Origin: the human T2T-CHM13v2.0 reference genome, Homo sapiens
Length of the DNA: 64,000 nt
Strand: one strand, 5' to 3'
NCBI RefSeq assembly: GCF_009914755.1
Contig: NC_060937.1
Positions 43,066 to 59,039 of this stretch are shown in pieces. A program made the translations under genes and the position numbers. Within the stretch, counting starts at the first letter, position 1; every line of letters starts with the position of its first letter. Under the pieces are notes generated by a model. That model was not told the DNA's origin. It saw only the letters and a list, made by a program, of their open reading frames with translations, and ran no database searches.

Positions 43066-43532
43066 TTGCTATGAAGACTTGCACATTAACCTTAACATAT
43101 GAAAGTCCTACTTTTTGGAAATTATTTAATTTTTCAGCCTTCATAAAGCCCATCTAGTATATTTCACATTCTAATGATAATTATGGATTCTTAGTTGAAT
43201 CTTCCTCTGTGGGTTTCATGGCAGGGATCAGTACTTTATAAGGATTTTCTTAGGTTCAACCTTACGTTTCTATATTGAGAAGCCCGTTTTTAGGCAGATC
43301 TTTCTACCCAGATTTTCCTTCTTCTGTATTATGCACAGTTTATACAAATCACAGAAAGCCAGGTTGCTTCCTAGGTTCAACACCACACATCAGTGTTCCT
43401 CATTTAGTGCCTGACTCATTCTACACAGTAATATCAATGCCCCAGCAATTCTCCTGAGTTGTCACTGGGACAGAGCTCACCACTATCCTGAAGGGAAAGA
43501 TGATAATTTGAGCATGGGCTTTTTCTAAGTTA

Positions 43533-43886
<354 letters not shown>

Positions 43887-46249
43887 TCATAAGCTTATAT
43901 TAGAATGAAGAGTATCTCTTTCCATTAATTCTAAAGTTTATGACATCAATTATACTTTTAGCTACCCCTGCAACCGTTACCACTTCTTCCTGCTTAAAAA
44001 GTAAAATGGAAAATAAAGTAATGAAATATACAATTAGCTTAAAGATAATTTACTAAAAGGGAATTGATAATATGCGGCAAATGAGGTAGAATTAGATTGA
44101 GTGTTATCCCAAGAGCTATCTTGAATGCAGAGGCAAGAAAAAAGACAAAATTATATTCAGGAAGGAAACAGCTCAAATGCAGAAGAGACAGGATGGGGCA
44201 TTAGGGTGAAAGGGCAAGATGAGGCCACTGATGGGCAGTGAGGATGGTGACTTGAAGCATCAAGCAAACAAAGCACAGAGTGGAGCAGGTGAGACTGGGA
44301 AGTTCAGGATATTAAGTCATGAATACGCCTTGTTCCGGGTTGCCAGCTATACACATTTCTTAAAGGCACCGCACTCCATTTATCACCATCTACATACTTA
44401 GAGTAACATTCTAGTCAGAGCAAGGTCAAGGTTTCTTTAGGTTTCCTTGGCAGAACTTTGTGAACTTTTGTGGGTGTGCTAGAGATGGGCCACACACTTT
44501 TCTGCCACAGACCTCCACGCCACAGCTGAGGTTCGGGCAGATCTCTGTAAACCTGGACATTCATGCTCCAGCTGGGCTACCACAGCTCCAGTTCCTTGGC
44601 CCTTGCTCCACTCCCATGGGATCTCATGGTCTGGGGAGAGTTTCAGCTGTTCCAGGCCTAGCAAGGCAAAATCAAGTACCAAATGGATAGATTTTCACAG
44701 AGTGGAAAAACAAGAAATGGCATCCCTGGGATAAGCCCAGGAGCCAAATCTCCAGTTTTCAGCAGGGCCCGATGGCATAAATGAGAGAGTGGAAATCCCC
44801 TTAGGCTCTGTACCAGACCTTATGCATCAAGAGTTATCTTGCAGGTATCCTCCAAGTATCATCTGGTCTATGGTAAGCAAGAGTGTGACTCATTAAAGGC
44901 ACTACAGCAGATTTAATATACATGAAGTCAAAGCTGTCGAATCCTCTGTGCACCTGAAATGTTGGGGCTGGGGCCCATTACAGAGAGAACTTAAGAACAG
45001 CTTTGCTGGTGGGAGACCTCATGCTTGAGGTATACAGTGGAGTGTCCTCAAGTAGAGTGCCAAAGACTGAAGTCCTTGATATCTAACTCTTCATCCAGGC
45101 TCACCCTGGCCCTCCACAAAATTAATATCTTTGAGTAAACATATTCTAATCAGGCTTTAAATAACTTCAGTTAGTTACAAGTGTGCAAGTTCATCATGCC
45201 AAATCCTTGTTAGAGTTTTCCCTTCCTGAGTCCCCCTACCTTTCCACTTCTAACTCCTTTAGTTTGGTTCTTATGAGATTATTTCTTCTTGGATTCCTGA
45301 GATGAAAAGCAATAGAAGAGGGCAGGTTTATCTAGAAATAGAATAGGTTAGCACTGATAAAAGTGGCTGAGGTCAATGAATATTTAAAAGAAGCCAAAAA
45401 GTAATTGATGAGGACTCTTGCTTTTGAAACCTCATTTTCCAATCCAAAGCACAAAACCTACAAACTGAGGTGAAAATTCCCTTTGCACCATCTTCTTTGA
45501 CATTGCCAGTCATTGAGAGAGGACTGTGGAGGATAGTTAGGCTAAGGGTAAGGCTTAGAATGTGTTGGTTCTTCGTCTTCCCAGAAGAAATTGCCTCAGG
45601 GTTCCCTGACCTTGGGAATCCTCTCTGCAGAAGCAGATTGAAGCTAAAGCCAATTCAAATTATCAAGGCGAACTTCCTAGTCACATTCTGATCACAGATG
45701 AGTGGATTCATGAATAGGACTGTTCCAAAGGCAAAATGTGCATCTGGAGAAGTTTGGGCTCCCTTTTTGGTATCTTAATCCCTACCAAACTCTCTCTGGG
45801 CCGAAGTCTCATGCCACCCTGGCCCTGAAGTCCTGTTCTTCTGCCCCCTCTCATGGATCTTCCCTGTCCTGCAGGTACATTCTTGGCCTACATGCCCTGG
45901 GTTTTCCAAGGGGAGGAGCTAGCTAACTCACCAAATTATCTTCACCTGCACTAATAAATAAATAGAAGAAGCTAATGGAACTCCCATAAGATCATGACTC
46001 TTTGGAGATTATTTTGCTTTCTAACAGTGACCTTCCAGAAGCAATGCCTTAGAAAAGAAGTAATTCTGATGGAGAAGTATTCCCAGTGATGTAAAAGGGA
46101 TAGCAGAACCCTAATAGATGTGAAGGGATAGATACCTTTAGGTAGGGAAGTCCTTGCACGGTTTCTCAGAGGTAAGTATCTGATGTCCTGCTTACATATG
46201 GAAAACCTGTAGCAGTGAAGAATTCTGCATCATTTGTTTAATTTTTCAG

Positions 46250-47290
<1,041 letters not shown>

Positions 47291-47889
47291 ATCAAAAAAG
47301 GACCAAAGGGAAAGAGGGCTTCACAGCCCACTCACTATCGCCCTCCCAGGGTTGTGACTCCTGATGCCTTCTTGAGCTTCTGAGAACTCCCAGGCCTTGA
47401 GAGAAAGATATTGCTTGGATCCATTAGAGGCATCCCTCTGCATGAGTAAAATCATCTATGAGACCCACTTAAAGTTTTCCACTTGAATTAGAAATTCTTT
47501 CTGAGAAGGCACAAAGAAATCAAAAAGACTTCGTGCATTGAACTGCACTGACGTTGGCATGAGAAAATGATGACTTGCTTTGAGATAGTGAAAGATTCTT
47601 ACTGAACTGCCCAGAGCAGTTATCAAAAGGTTTAAGAAAGATGTCAGGAAGTCCAGTGCAATATGAGTGACTAAGTGAGAATTCTGATTGTAAAGCTGGG
47701 CATGATTTATTTTTCTGCACTAACTCAATGTAGAAGCCTCCAAGTGATCTCTTCCAAACACAAACAAACTCTTATGACAGTAAGCCTGCAGTAAGTAATA
47801 CTTTGGTACCTCATGGTTTTCTGTCTTGAATGCTACCTATTCCTACAGATGGCCTTGGGAAATATTCACAGATAAACATGGATTCTCTT

Positions 47890-48217
47890 CTCTTCTCTTT
47901 TCTTTTCTTTTTTTTTTTTTTTTTTTTTTTTTTGAGATGGTTTCTCACTCTGTTACCCAGGCTGGTGTGCAGTGGCATGATCTCAGCTCACTGCAGCCTC
48001 CGCCCTCCTGGGTTCAAGTGATTCTCCTGCCTCAGCCTCCCAAGTACCTGGGACTACAGGTGCCTGCCACCATGCCTGGCTAATTTTTTTTGTATTTTTA
48101 GTAGAGACGGGGTTTCACTATGTTGGCCAGGCTGGTCTCGAACTCCTGACTTTGTGATCCACCCACCTCGGCCTCCCAAAGTGCTGGGATTACAGGCGTG
48201 AGGCACTGTGTCTGGCC
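47890..48217 (-). mobile_element. AluS
   Basis: TSD atggattctctt at 47878-47889 and 48218-48229. Confidence 0.95.
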
Positions 48218-48624
48218 ATGGATTCTCTTTTCTAATAACTAGCATAATCACTATCAGTAGAAAATCTGGTACAAACCAGGATGAGCTAGGGCTCTGGGGG
48301 CCCCCCTGTACACTCCAGAGAGCCAGGAGCCCTGGCCCCTTTCCGCACGGGAGATCTGGGATGCCTGACTGCTGGAGTACAGGTGTTCATGTGTCTATGA
48401 TGGTGACTCCCCAACTTTCCCCAGTTCTCAACACATGTGCCCAACTCAAGGCTAGGAAACAGCAAGATGGTGAAATACTGTCCTGCTGCCTTCCCACCCA
48501 GGACCTTCCTGGTCTTCCCTGTCTCAGGGAACAGGTCACAGGTCATCATGGAGAATTCTACCCCCCATTGGGCAGATGGATCTTCCAAAATGATGCCGGT
48601 TATTTTGGTGGCTGTGGCTTTTGG

Positions 48625-48625
<1 letters not shown>

Positions 48626-48660
<35 letters not shown>

Positions 48661-48670
48661 ATGTGTGTGT
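48626..48670. repeat. (TG)n microsatellite
   Basis: Read directly. Confidence 0.95.
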
Positions 48671-48762
48671 TTTCTGTGACCACCCAGTCTTCCTGGTGCA
48701 TCACACCTTGTCCTCATATCCCCTGTTCCCTCCACAATAACAGAAACATTCCCAGGGACTCT

Positions 48763-48817
48763 GAGGAGAGATACTGTTGTCACTCCAGAGGAGAGATACT
48801 GCTGTCACTCCAGAGGA
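48763..48817. repeat. 25-bp tandem duplication
   Basis: gaggagagatactg(t/c)tgtcactcca twice. Confidence 0.9.
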
Positions 48818-50063
48818 CATTTTTTTAGCAATAAAATTGAGTGTCAAGTGTTTTGTTGAAAGTAATGAAAGTAATCACAGAAATATTTTTTCCCATTGTC
48901 TTCTAAAGCAATGCTGTTACAGTTTAGTGAATAAAAAATGGAAATAACTTACTTGGCAACCATTTTCAATGTTGTACCTTTTCTTTCATAGCTGTTAAAT
49001 AAAATCTATATACTACAGTTAGGATTTCACACAATAAGTCAATTACTTTGGGTGTGGCTTCTTGTGAAATTCTATTGCTATGCTTTAAACTGAACACAGG
49101 CTGGTCAAGAGATGAAAGGATGAGTTTAGAAAAGTTGTCACATGTCTTCTTATTCCCAGGGTTGAAAAAATAGCTGAAATAGAAAATTATATACTAATTC
49201 TCAGGTCAAGAAATGCTGTGTAATTTACCAACATTACTATGTTAATGGTAACCACGTTCCCATTAGGACGTAGTGAGGTACAAAGAGATCTAAGGCATGG
49301 TCTATGCTGTCAAGGAGTTTACAACCCTCTTCCTAATACTGCAATCAGCGTGGCTCCTGCCTGCCTTAGGGCCTTTGGCCACACCATTCTTTTTCACTTT
49401 CCATAGCTTTCCCAGCCCTCTGATTTGGCAAACTCCAATCTATCATTGATTCTTGGCTTAAATACCACTTTACCAGAACCTGGGAGCAGAGGGGACATGT
49501 CCTGTCTCTCTGAGGCTGAATCCCTCATTAGACTTTCTTCTAGAGCCCTGTGCACTCCTTCAATGAATCTATAAAAATTGTTATCATACAGATATTTGTG
49601 AGATGGGAGGCATGTAGGGAGGAGAGCTGATGTTACGTAATGATAATCTCCTCAACTAGGCTGCAAATTCCACAAGGGCAAATGATTTTGTTTACCACTC
49701 TATCTCCAGCCCTGACACAGTGCCTGGTACAGAGTGGGGGTCTCCATAAATATCTGTGGAGTGAGTAACTTAATTAGTGATATAAATACCAATTGCCTAA
49801 AAGCACTTCAAAGTGGCATAGCTGAGGGCCAGACGATAGCTGCCATGTGAAATGAAAGGACGGAAACACTAGCCTGGAGTGGAAATTGTTACAATTAGCA
49901 TCTTGAGGGAAAGGGCTGAGATGAAAATGAACCTAGAAGGAAGAATAGGATGTGTTCCAGAGAACACAGGGAGGATAGCACTGGCTGAAGGAATAGAATA
50001 GTGGGCACAGCAAACTTGAGTACATCAGAACACTGGTATAGTTGAATGGGGATATCTATAGGG

Positions 50064-50107
50064 AAGTAGTGGGATTAATATTTATGTTGATATTAATCCC
50101 ACTACTT
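50064..50107. repeat. Perfect 18-bp inverted repeat with 8-nt loop
   Basis: aagtagtgggattaatat-ttatgttg-atattaatcccactactt. Confidence 0.95.
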
Positions 50108-50133
50108 TTATTTATAATATTAATATTAATATA

Positions 50134-50184
50134 TTGCCATTACTTCTAATGGCAAAAACTGCAATTACTTTTGCACCAACCTAA
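50134..50184. mobile_element. Truncated MADE1 (Hsmar1 MITE)
   Basis: ttgccattacttctaatggcaaaaactgcaattacttttgcaccaacctaa followed by TA; the left ~29 bp of the 80-bp element are missing. Confidence 0.9.
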
Positions 50185-51996
50185 TAAATAGGTCAAATTT
50201 AGACAAAGGAGCTTAACTTTTAGCTTTAGGTCCATTAAAGGCCTTTGAACAAAGTGATTATGTATACTAACCTGATACTTTGGCATCCAAACTACAAAAC
50301 AGATGAAATAAAGGGTTTCATTCCTGTTACAAAGATGTCTTGGCTTTACCAAAAGGTTATGAAAGGGTTATTTTAAATAACATCACTTTGGATAGATTAA
50401 AATGTTTGTTTATAACTAAAATAGTTTGGATGCCGCTTAGCTAAAAAGATTTATTCAGCAAAAGAAAATAAAAGGCAAATAATTAAAGAGCAGAAAAACA
50501 TTAAGATAAAATAACACTGCAATCCTCATGCATGAAATTGATGTCTGTGATTTGGTTTACAAGATTTTAATCTGCATAAAATTTTTCAGGACCACTTCTA
50601 CTGCTTTTGGTAAAATGTCTTTTGGATTCTAAAATGTCTCTAAAGAAGAATATTCCAGAATATCTTTAATTTAAAAAGTACAGTCAATCAGCAGCTCAGA
50701 TGCCAGCTATCTTGCCCTTCAAATAAAATTGATAGTGAGATATCCAGCTTCCTCCCACTTTCCCTGGGGATGGCAGGGGATGGCTTTCACCTACTGATTC
50801 CTCTCTTGAGTGTCTTTTGCAGTCTTGCAGAGCTGTCCATTCTTTAAAACACTGCACTTCCCCAAATGTAGACCATGCAGAAACTTTATTTAACATAAAC
50901 AAAAATGTGTGAAAGAAAGGAATTATTAACACTCACCAAACCTGACGTTCCCATTGCCTAAGGAAAAGTCATTCCACTATTAAACTCTCAACTGAGTTCC
51001 CTATATGGCACACCAACTCCTGCATTCTTGATTCTCAGACCAATGTCCCCTGGAGAGCAGTTCTTCTTTCCAGCCTCACACAGCATGGCTCCACACCACT
51101 TCAGAGAAACCTTTTCCCTTGCACAGAGCTTAGACCCACCTGCACTCACTCCCAGCAGCAAATTTCCTCAAGTTTAGGTTATTCGGGTTAGATCAAAAAA
51201 AGAACAGTCAGAGCTCATCTTTCATGGTACGGAAACAATCATGAAGTAATTCACTAATGAACCTACTACTTACAATATTAGTCCCTATTCAAATAGTCTT
51301 TCTTGCATTATACGTTTGTAGATTAGCCTCTTGCAGATGATCAGATATTGTAAATATCTGGAAATACAAGGCCAAGTCATTGCAAATTGAAATTTTAAAT
51401 ATCTGGAAAAATGCAGAATTTCATCAAGTCCATGAAAATGTGTTGAGGACTTTGCTAGAATCATAGACTCTGACAAATGAGGGTGAGGTGAGTTGTACTG
51501 TTAGCCGTGGAAAATGGACCAGAAGTGGTGGCACAAGAGGTACATCCTTAGCCATTTACATGCAAAAACTTAGGAAGGCCTGGGAGACAGCTGAATAAGT
51601 TTTGCAAAAATGATCTTCATTATAATTGTGCTTTCAAAGTCAAACTAGAAGTGAAGAAAATTATATTTACTATCATACTACTTTGTTAGAATATTTACAC
51701 CTTAAAAAATCAACACTAGATTCCTTCTTTATTATTCTAAAAATTAGCATATAGTTCTAGTTTAATTCAATTGTGTTTAAAAATAGAAATCAACTTATTT
51801 TTACATGTTTTAGCTTCACTTTTCAGAATAAAATTCCAATAAAATCTTTTCTCCACTACTTCCTATGAAACTTTGGCCTATTTTCAGTGAATTCACTTTC
51901 TGGTATCATAGTTTTCTGCTATAGAAGATGTTCTGTACCTCATGGGAACATCAGTGCCATTGCTGTAAAATGTCCTCCTGAAATACTGATGTTATT

Positions 51997-52378
51997 TGTT
52001 GGGTATGGATCTCTTTGTGGCCCTCAAAAATTCATATGTTAAATCCCTAACTCCCAGTGTACAATATTTGGAGACAGGGCCTTTAGGGAGACAATTAAGG
52101 TTAAATGATGTCATGAGAGTGAGGCCCTGATCCTATAGGACTGGTGTCCTTACAAGAAGAGGAAGAGACACAAGGGGTGGGCACAGAGAAAAGACCATGT
52201 GAGAGCACAGCAAAAAGCACCAGCTGCAAGCCAGGAAGACCAGACTCACCAGAAACCCATCTGCCAGCACCTTGACCTTGGACTTCGAGCCTCCAAGACT
52301 GTGAGGAAATAAATTCCTATTGTTTTTTTAAGCCACCTGCCTGTGGTATTTTGTGTGGAATCCAAGCTGACTAATAGA
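51997..52378 (+). mobile_element. MLT1A/B solo LTR
   Basis: aaaattcatatgtt...aattaaggttaaatga...aataaattcctattg...aagccacc. Confidence 0.8.
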
Positions 52379-52644
52379 GGGTTCAATTACATTATTTAAC
52401 AAGGGGGCTGTTCTTAGCATCTATGAGTTACATTTTATTGAGGGTTTCTTGTATCCTAGACCCTACTGAATATTTAAGAAATGTGATCTCATTTCGTCCT
52501 CACAGAGCCTCAGAAAGTAACATCACTGTCTACATTTACAAGTGAGGAAACAGAGGCAACGAAAGATGACTGTCAGTCACTTGTGTAGGGTCATCTAGCT
52601 GGGAAATGGTGAACAAAGCCAAAATTCAAACCAGTCTGTCTCCC

Positions 52645-53258
52645 CAGCAGTGGTACTTAGCTCTGTCTGTGAATCAGAATCACTGACGAACTATATAAAC
52701 AATGATGCCTGGGTCCTAGCCCCAGAGATTCTGATGCCATTGGTCTCGTATATCCCGATTTGCTAAAGCTCCCCAGCTGTATCAGTAATCTGTTGCTGCA
52801 AAATGAATTACCACAGACTTAATGGATTAAAATAATGGCAGATCTACTATCCAACAGTTTTTGTGGGCTAGGAATCTGAGCACAGCCTAATAGAGTCCTC
52901 TGCACAAGGCTGTGATTCAATTGTCAGCCAGGGCTGTGGTCTCATCAGAGATTTCGTAGTGAAACGATCTTTGTTTAAGCTCCCTCAGGGACTAAGTTCT
53001 CCATTTCCTTCATGGCCATCAGCACTCTTTACTCCTGGAAGCTGCCCACAGTTCCCTTAAGAAGGAGTCTTATACAACACAATGTAATCATAGAAGTGAT
53101 TCATGTCAACTTCACCATAAAATGTAACCTAACTAAGGGAGTGACATCTCAATGCCTTTTCCATATTCCACTGGGCATGACTCATTAGGGGTCACCTTAG
53201 AGTGTATTTGTCGCACAGGTGATTTTAATGCACCATCAAGATTGAGAATCACAGCTCT
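52645..53258. mobile_element. MER5A split by an MLT-type LTR (about 52778-53216)
   Basis: MER5A halves (...aaagctccccag | ggtgattttaatgcacc...gagaatcacagc) flank LTR text starting tgtatcagtaatctgttgctgc. Confidence 0.65.
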
Positions 53259-54409
53259 AAAGCATTTTGCTCTATTTCTTTTCCACTAGAAATAGTGCAA
53301 ATTTGAAATTCATAGCTTTTACATTTTTTTCTTACCACTCAATTTTAAATGGCATGGAAAATGAACAGAAAAGAAAAATGCTGTCCTCTCTAGTTATGAT
53401 TACATACATGAAATTGTCACTATTCAACAATTTTTGACCTACAAAAACAGTAGTCTTATATGGTTCAATAGGATAATAATATTACTTTTCCCTGATAAAC
53501 TATGTGCCTGAAAAATGCCTAGATGTGGTTACAGGTTCAGGTAGAAAAAATTAGAGGCAACTTATTCTCAACTACTGGCATAATTTTAGCAATTCCACAG
53601 CAAATCTAAAACATCTGACATTCTGTCTATAAAATATAGTCACATTTTCCAAATGGATTTCAGTAATACTGGAAAGCTTAGAAAATACAACTATTCTTTT
53701 ATGAATCGCCAACACTTTTCCGTAGAAACAAAATTTAAATGATTTTCAGTTTGAGATATTTACAAAGGTAATATTATGGGTTAAGAACTGCTTTCGCAGA
53801 AATGAGAAAAAATGGCAAAAATAAGTCTCAGTGTTGTCTAAGAAGAAAACGTAAATTTAGACTGAGCATTTTCATTATGAAGTACTCAACCACATCTGCT
53901 GTGAAAATTCTCTGGGGTGGGTAGGCTCTAACTTCCTGGGGGTAAGCACTGGCTATTGCTGTCTGGGGGAAGCTGAATTCGAAGACAGTGACTCTAATTT
54001 ACCTACGTGGCAATTTGCCTATTCAAAATGGTCTCCCAGAATTTCTCCCAGGAAGAATTAAAAGCAGTGAATTCACCACTCCTGGACCCAACTGAAATAT
54101 CAGAGTCAGTGGGTATGTTATGAGTTCAATTTCAAAGCAGAAAAGCCTTATTTTGGAAATGTGACTATTTTAGGGGCATTAAAAGAGAAATCTAAGAATG
54201 TTTTCTTTGCCTAGTGAAATGTGCAACTTCCTATAAAAATATCCCAGGCCCAGGCCTTCAGTTTTCTCACGCAAGGACACCTGGCCTTTGGAGAGGTTAT
54301 GGTACTCTGGTGACAGAAGAGTCTATAACATAAAGAACCCAGTACTCTCTGGGGAGTTTTTTACTCTGAGAATACACAGCAGTTTTCTCCCACTTACAAA
54401 TACTCTAAG

Positions 54410-54730
54410 ACTGTGCCACCCAGCCTGGTAGCCACGAACCACATATGACTCTTAATCACCTGAAATGGGGCTAGTCTGAATGAAGATGCGCTAGAAAGGT
54501 AAAATACATACCAGAACATACCAGATTTCTAAGACTGTTCAAAAAAAGAAAAATATTTTATTAATAATGTCCATATCGTTAATATGTTAATATGATAATA
54601 TCCTATCATTGATGATATATTAGGTTAAATAAAATATGTAACTAAAATTCATTTTACTAGTCTTTTTTTAACGTGGCCTCTAGAAAATTTAGAATTACAT
54701 GTGCCATGCAGTGTATTTCTATTAGACATT
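54410..54730. mobile_element. MER33-like hAT-Charlie element
   Basis: gtagccac...ctgaaatggggctagt...gtatttctattagaca. Confidence 0.65.
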
Positions 54731-54939
54731 GAAAACCCACTCTGTTCTTTACCAGTGAGGTCAGACTGAACCCAGCAGTCTTGCTGGCTCAGAAGGTCTG
54801 AGCTGGAACTTCAGATGTTGGATACTGAAATGAAGGGTTGCACCACAGAGCAACAGAAGGATTTATCCAGGTATCAGGCAAAGAAACAGACAAATAAATC
54901 ACGAGGGCCAGGTTTCCATGAGTGTTTCAGGAGGAAAGT

Positions 54940-55140
54940 TGTGGTTCTGAAAGTGTGGTCTTTAGACCAGCAGCGTTGCTCATGGACTCACTGAGCATCA
55001 CCATGGAACTGGTCGGACATGCCAATCCTCAGGCTTCATCCTCCACCGAGTCAGAAATTCTGGGGGTGGGAGCCAGTAGTGTGGGGTTTAACAAGCCCTC
55101 TAGGTGATTCTGATGCACCCTCAAATTTTAGAACCCCTGT
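54940..55140. mobile_element. MER5A
   Basis: gtggttctgaaagtgtggtc...ttaacaagccctctaggtgattctgatgcac. Confidence 0.75.
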
Positions 55141-55204
55141 TATAGCTCATTGAAAATCCCACCTGCCCTGTAGGTTGGAATTAGTTAACACTCCATTTCA
55201 CAGG

Positions 55205-55921
<717 letters not shown>

Positions 55922-56397
55922 ACATGTGAGGAAACTGCGTGATAAAGAAAGAAATAAAGAAACTTGCCCTTATTACACAGCTATTAAGTGGCAAAGAAAT
56001 CAAGCTTTCAACCCCAATGTTTATAATCCTAGAGTTGATACTCTTTATCAGATGTCAGCTCAATGAGAAAAACAAAAAGTCAGAGGAGAAACAAATCTAG
56101 ATAAGTGGCTGTTAAACTTCATAGGGACTCTAACCAGAAAATTTGAGGACGCTCTAGTTGCCTCCCTGCAAAAATGCACTTTTATACAACACTGATACAA
56201 TTTCAGGCTGCCCCTTGACCCATTGGAGGTTCTGCCTGCAGCCAATTTTATCATGCCTAATTGAGAGCTCCAGATTGGATGATGAATCACTCTTCATAGT
56301 GAAGTAGTACTCCTTACACGAATAGGGTTTCATGTGTCTAATGCTTCCTACTAAACATATACTGAAGGAAAAAAGTTGATCTGAGATATTACAGATA

Positions 56398-56748
56398 TTA
56401 TTGTCTTAGCTGCCTTAACCAAATGCCGTAGACTGGGTGGCTTAACAACAGACACTTAGTCCTCACGGTTCTGGAGGCTGGAAGTCTGAGATCCTGGAGC
56501 CATCATGGTCAGGTTCTGGTGAAGGCTACCTGCCTGGTGGCAGATGGTACACTTCTTGCTGTGTCCTCACATGGCAGAGAGCAAGCTCTGAGGCCTCTTC
56601 CTCTTCTCATGAGGACATAATCCATCAGGAGGCCCACTTTTATGACCTCATCTAAACCTAAAGATCACCCAGAGCCCCCATCTCCAAATGCATTGGGGGT
56701 TAGAGCTTTGACATATGAATTTAGGGAGGTAAAATTCAGTCCATAGCA
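56398..56748 (-). mobile_element. MLT1A solo LTR
   Basis: agactgggtggcttaacaacaga...ttctggaggctggaagtctgagatc...attcagtccatagca. Confidence 0.8.
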
Positions 56749-57829
56749 GATGGATGAGAACTATGTTTCTTCTGTTTGCTTAAGAAGGAACAAAATACTC
56801 ATTAGTGGCTTATAACCCAACTGGCTCTAAGTGGAGGGAGTAGCAGGTACCAGACTGATTTTGAAATCTGCAAAGGGCAGGGTCTCCATGGGAAGGGAGG
56901 GCCACAGACATTGGTCACACTGAGCAGTAATGTCAAAGCACTGCTACAAAACAGGTAAAGGACCTTGCTAATACCGTCTGTCTTTCCTGTTTGAAGATGA
57001 TACTAATAACAGTAATTTCTACCTGTGATAGCTTTGGGAGCAAATTAGGCTGAAAAAATTGACATATAATGAATGTCCCTTTGTGTTTGTAGTACAGAGG
57101 GTATTGGCAGAGCCTGAAGCTGTTTGATAAGCACAGCACAGCTCACTATTAACTTTAGCTGGAACATTTATAATTTAGTCTCAGACAATGGCGATCAAGT
57201 GCTTGGGGATGGGGATGAAGGCGAGGAGGCTAGTCTCTTTTTATCAAGCTGCAAAAAGAAAGCTAAACACTTATTCCTTCATAAAAGGAAAAAATAGGTT
57301 ATCTTGAAATGTATTGGCAATTCTTTATTGTTTCTTTAATAAGTAATTCTACATTTAAGAAGATAGGAAAATATTTAAGGGTGACTACATACCCGCTGTT
57401 CATTTGGCATTTATTTAATGCCTTGAAAGAATAGGCATTCTCATATAAATGCGTTGAGTTCTGAAAGTTTGTACTTAGGCAAATAAAATTTTCCATAAAA
57501 TTATAAATAATTTTATGTTATACATAATTATCTATATTCATATAAATACATTCATATATGTGTGTATATGTGGCTTTTTAAAAGTATTAAAATATATTTT
57601 AATTTTTTGCTTTTGGAATCATCCTGCAAACCTAACCATTATTTATGACATTTTTATGGGGGAAATGCAATTAATGTTAGAAACCTATATAAACCTACCC
57701 CTGGCAAAAGAGGAGACCTTCACTATCTTCTATGACTCTGTAAAGCAGAGAAGGGATTTTTGTTCTCCACCAGCTCTGGTGGAAGCAGTTTTCCTTTCCT
57801 CTGGCAGCTATTTTTGCAAGTGGAAAGGA

Positions 57830-57848
57830 ATTCGCCCCCTGGTGGTGA
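57830..57848 (-). promoter_or_regulatory. CTCF core motif
   Basis: Minus strand reads CCACCAGGGGGCG (57845-57833), matching the CTCF consensus. Confidence 0.7.
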
Positions 57849-58208
57849 CCACATATTAACATGAAATATTTATAAATCGAGTTTTTATGTGTTACAAACT
57901 GCTTATGCATGCCTTCATTTGCCCACCCTGAGATTTTCTTGTAAATATTTATATGTCCCAAAGCTTTTAGGGCATCAGCTCGCATCCGAAAGAGGCTCTG
58001 CAAGTTTTCTGTGTAATTATTAGGGACATCAACTCTTTACTAACTATTGAACAAGAATAGATGACTTATTCTTGCAAGCTCCCAGGATATAATCATAAGC
58101 AAAAGTGTTTTTCTTCCAATATGAGTGCACCATCATAACTGTGCTCTAAGGTGGGTCCCAATAGTATTACTAAATTTCTAACAAACTAGTCCCTAAGTTG
58201 GAATTTCT

Positions 58209-58211
<3 letters not shown>

Positions 58212-58245
<34 letters not shown>
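58212..58245. repeat. (CA)n microsatellite
   Basis: Read directly. Confidence 0.95.
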
Positions 58246-58248
<3 letters not shown>

Positions 58249-58713
58249 CTATCTATCAAATTTGATGGACAAGGTAAACTGATCTTGTCATTCCCCAGAT
58301 ACAATTTTCACTGCCCACAATTTTCACATTGCCTTTTTTATGGTCTTCCTTTAGCCGTGCTCTCTAGAAGAAATTCCCTTTTTCTTTCTATATTGCCTTA
58401 AATTTCATGGTCCAACATCCCCTTTCTCTAGCAACATGAAGTATTTATTCTTTCTCTTTCCTGAGATATATTGTGAACCTAGAAAATGCAAAGCTGAATA
58501 ATGTGATCTCTCCTGTATTAAAAAAGGAAAAAGAACTTTTCTGCCTGAATTACCCTGCCTGGACTATATAATTAGCACCTTCTTATACATTATCTTGTCT
58601 CTAATTTTTAATTCCACACATTTCAAAACTTTATTATATAATGTCATATTAAGGTATTTCTAAATTAGAGTATATGCTCCTTCTGAGCAGAAAAATTTCT
58701 TACACATCTTATA

Positions 58714-59039
58714 CGGGTTGTGCATGCCTAATCTGAAGACCCAAATTCTGAAACGCTCCAAAATCTGAATGTTCTTGGGCACTGACTTGACACCACAAGC
58801 AGAAAGTTCCACACATAAGTACTTAGCACAAGCTTTGTTTTATGCACAAAATATTAAACATATCATATAAAATTACCTTCAGGCTATGCATATAAGGTGT
58901 ATATGAAATGTAAATAAATTTTGTGTTTAGATTTAAGTCCGATCTCCAAGATATTACGTATATGCAAATACTCAAAATCTGAAAATACTGAAATCTGAAA
59001 CACAGTCACAAGCATTTTAGATAAGGGATACTCAACTTG
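58714..59039 (+). mobile_element. Tigger4b-like (MER46) MITE
   Basis: TIRs cgggttgtgcatgcctaatc ... gataagggatactcaacttg. Confidence 0.8.

Noticed and set aside
48208-48828. 206-aa and 165-aa overlapping ORFs
   Set aside because: They run through a (TG)n microsatellite and a tandem duplication, the longer one starts at GTG in an Alu end, and no domain is recognisable
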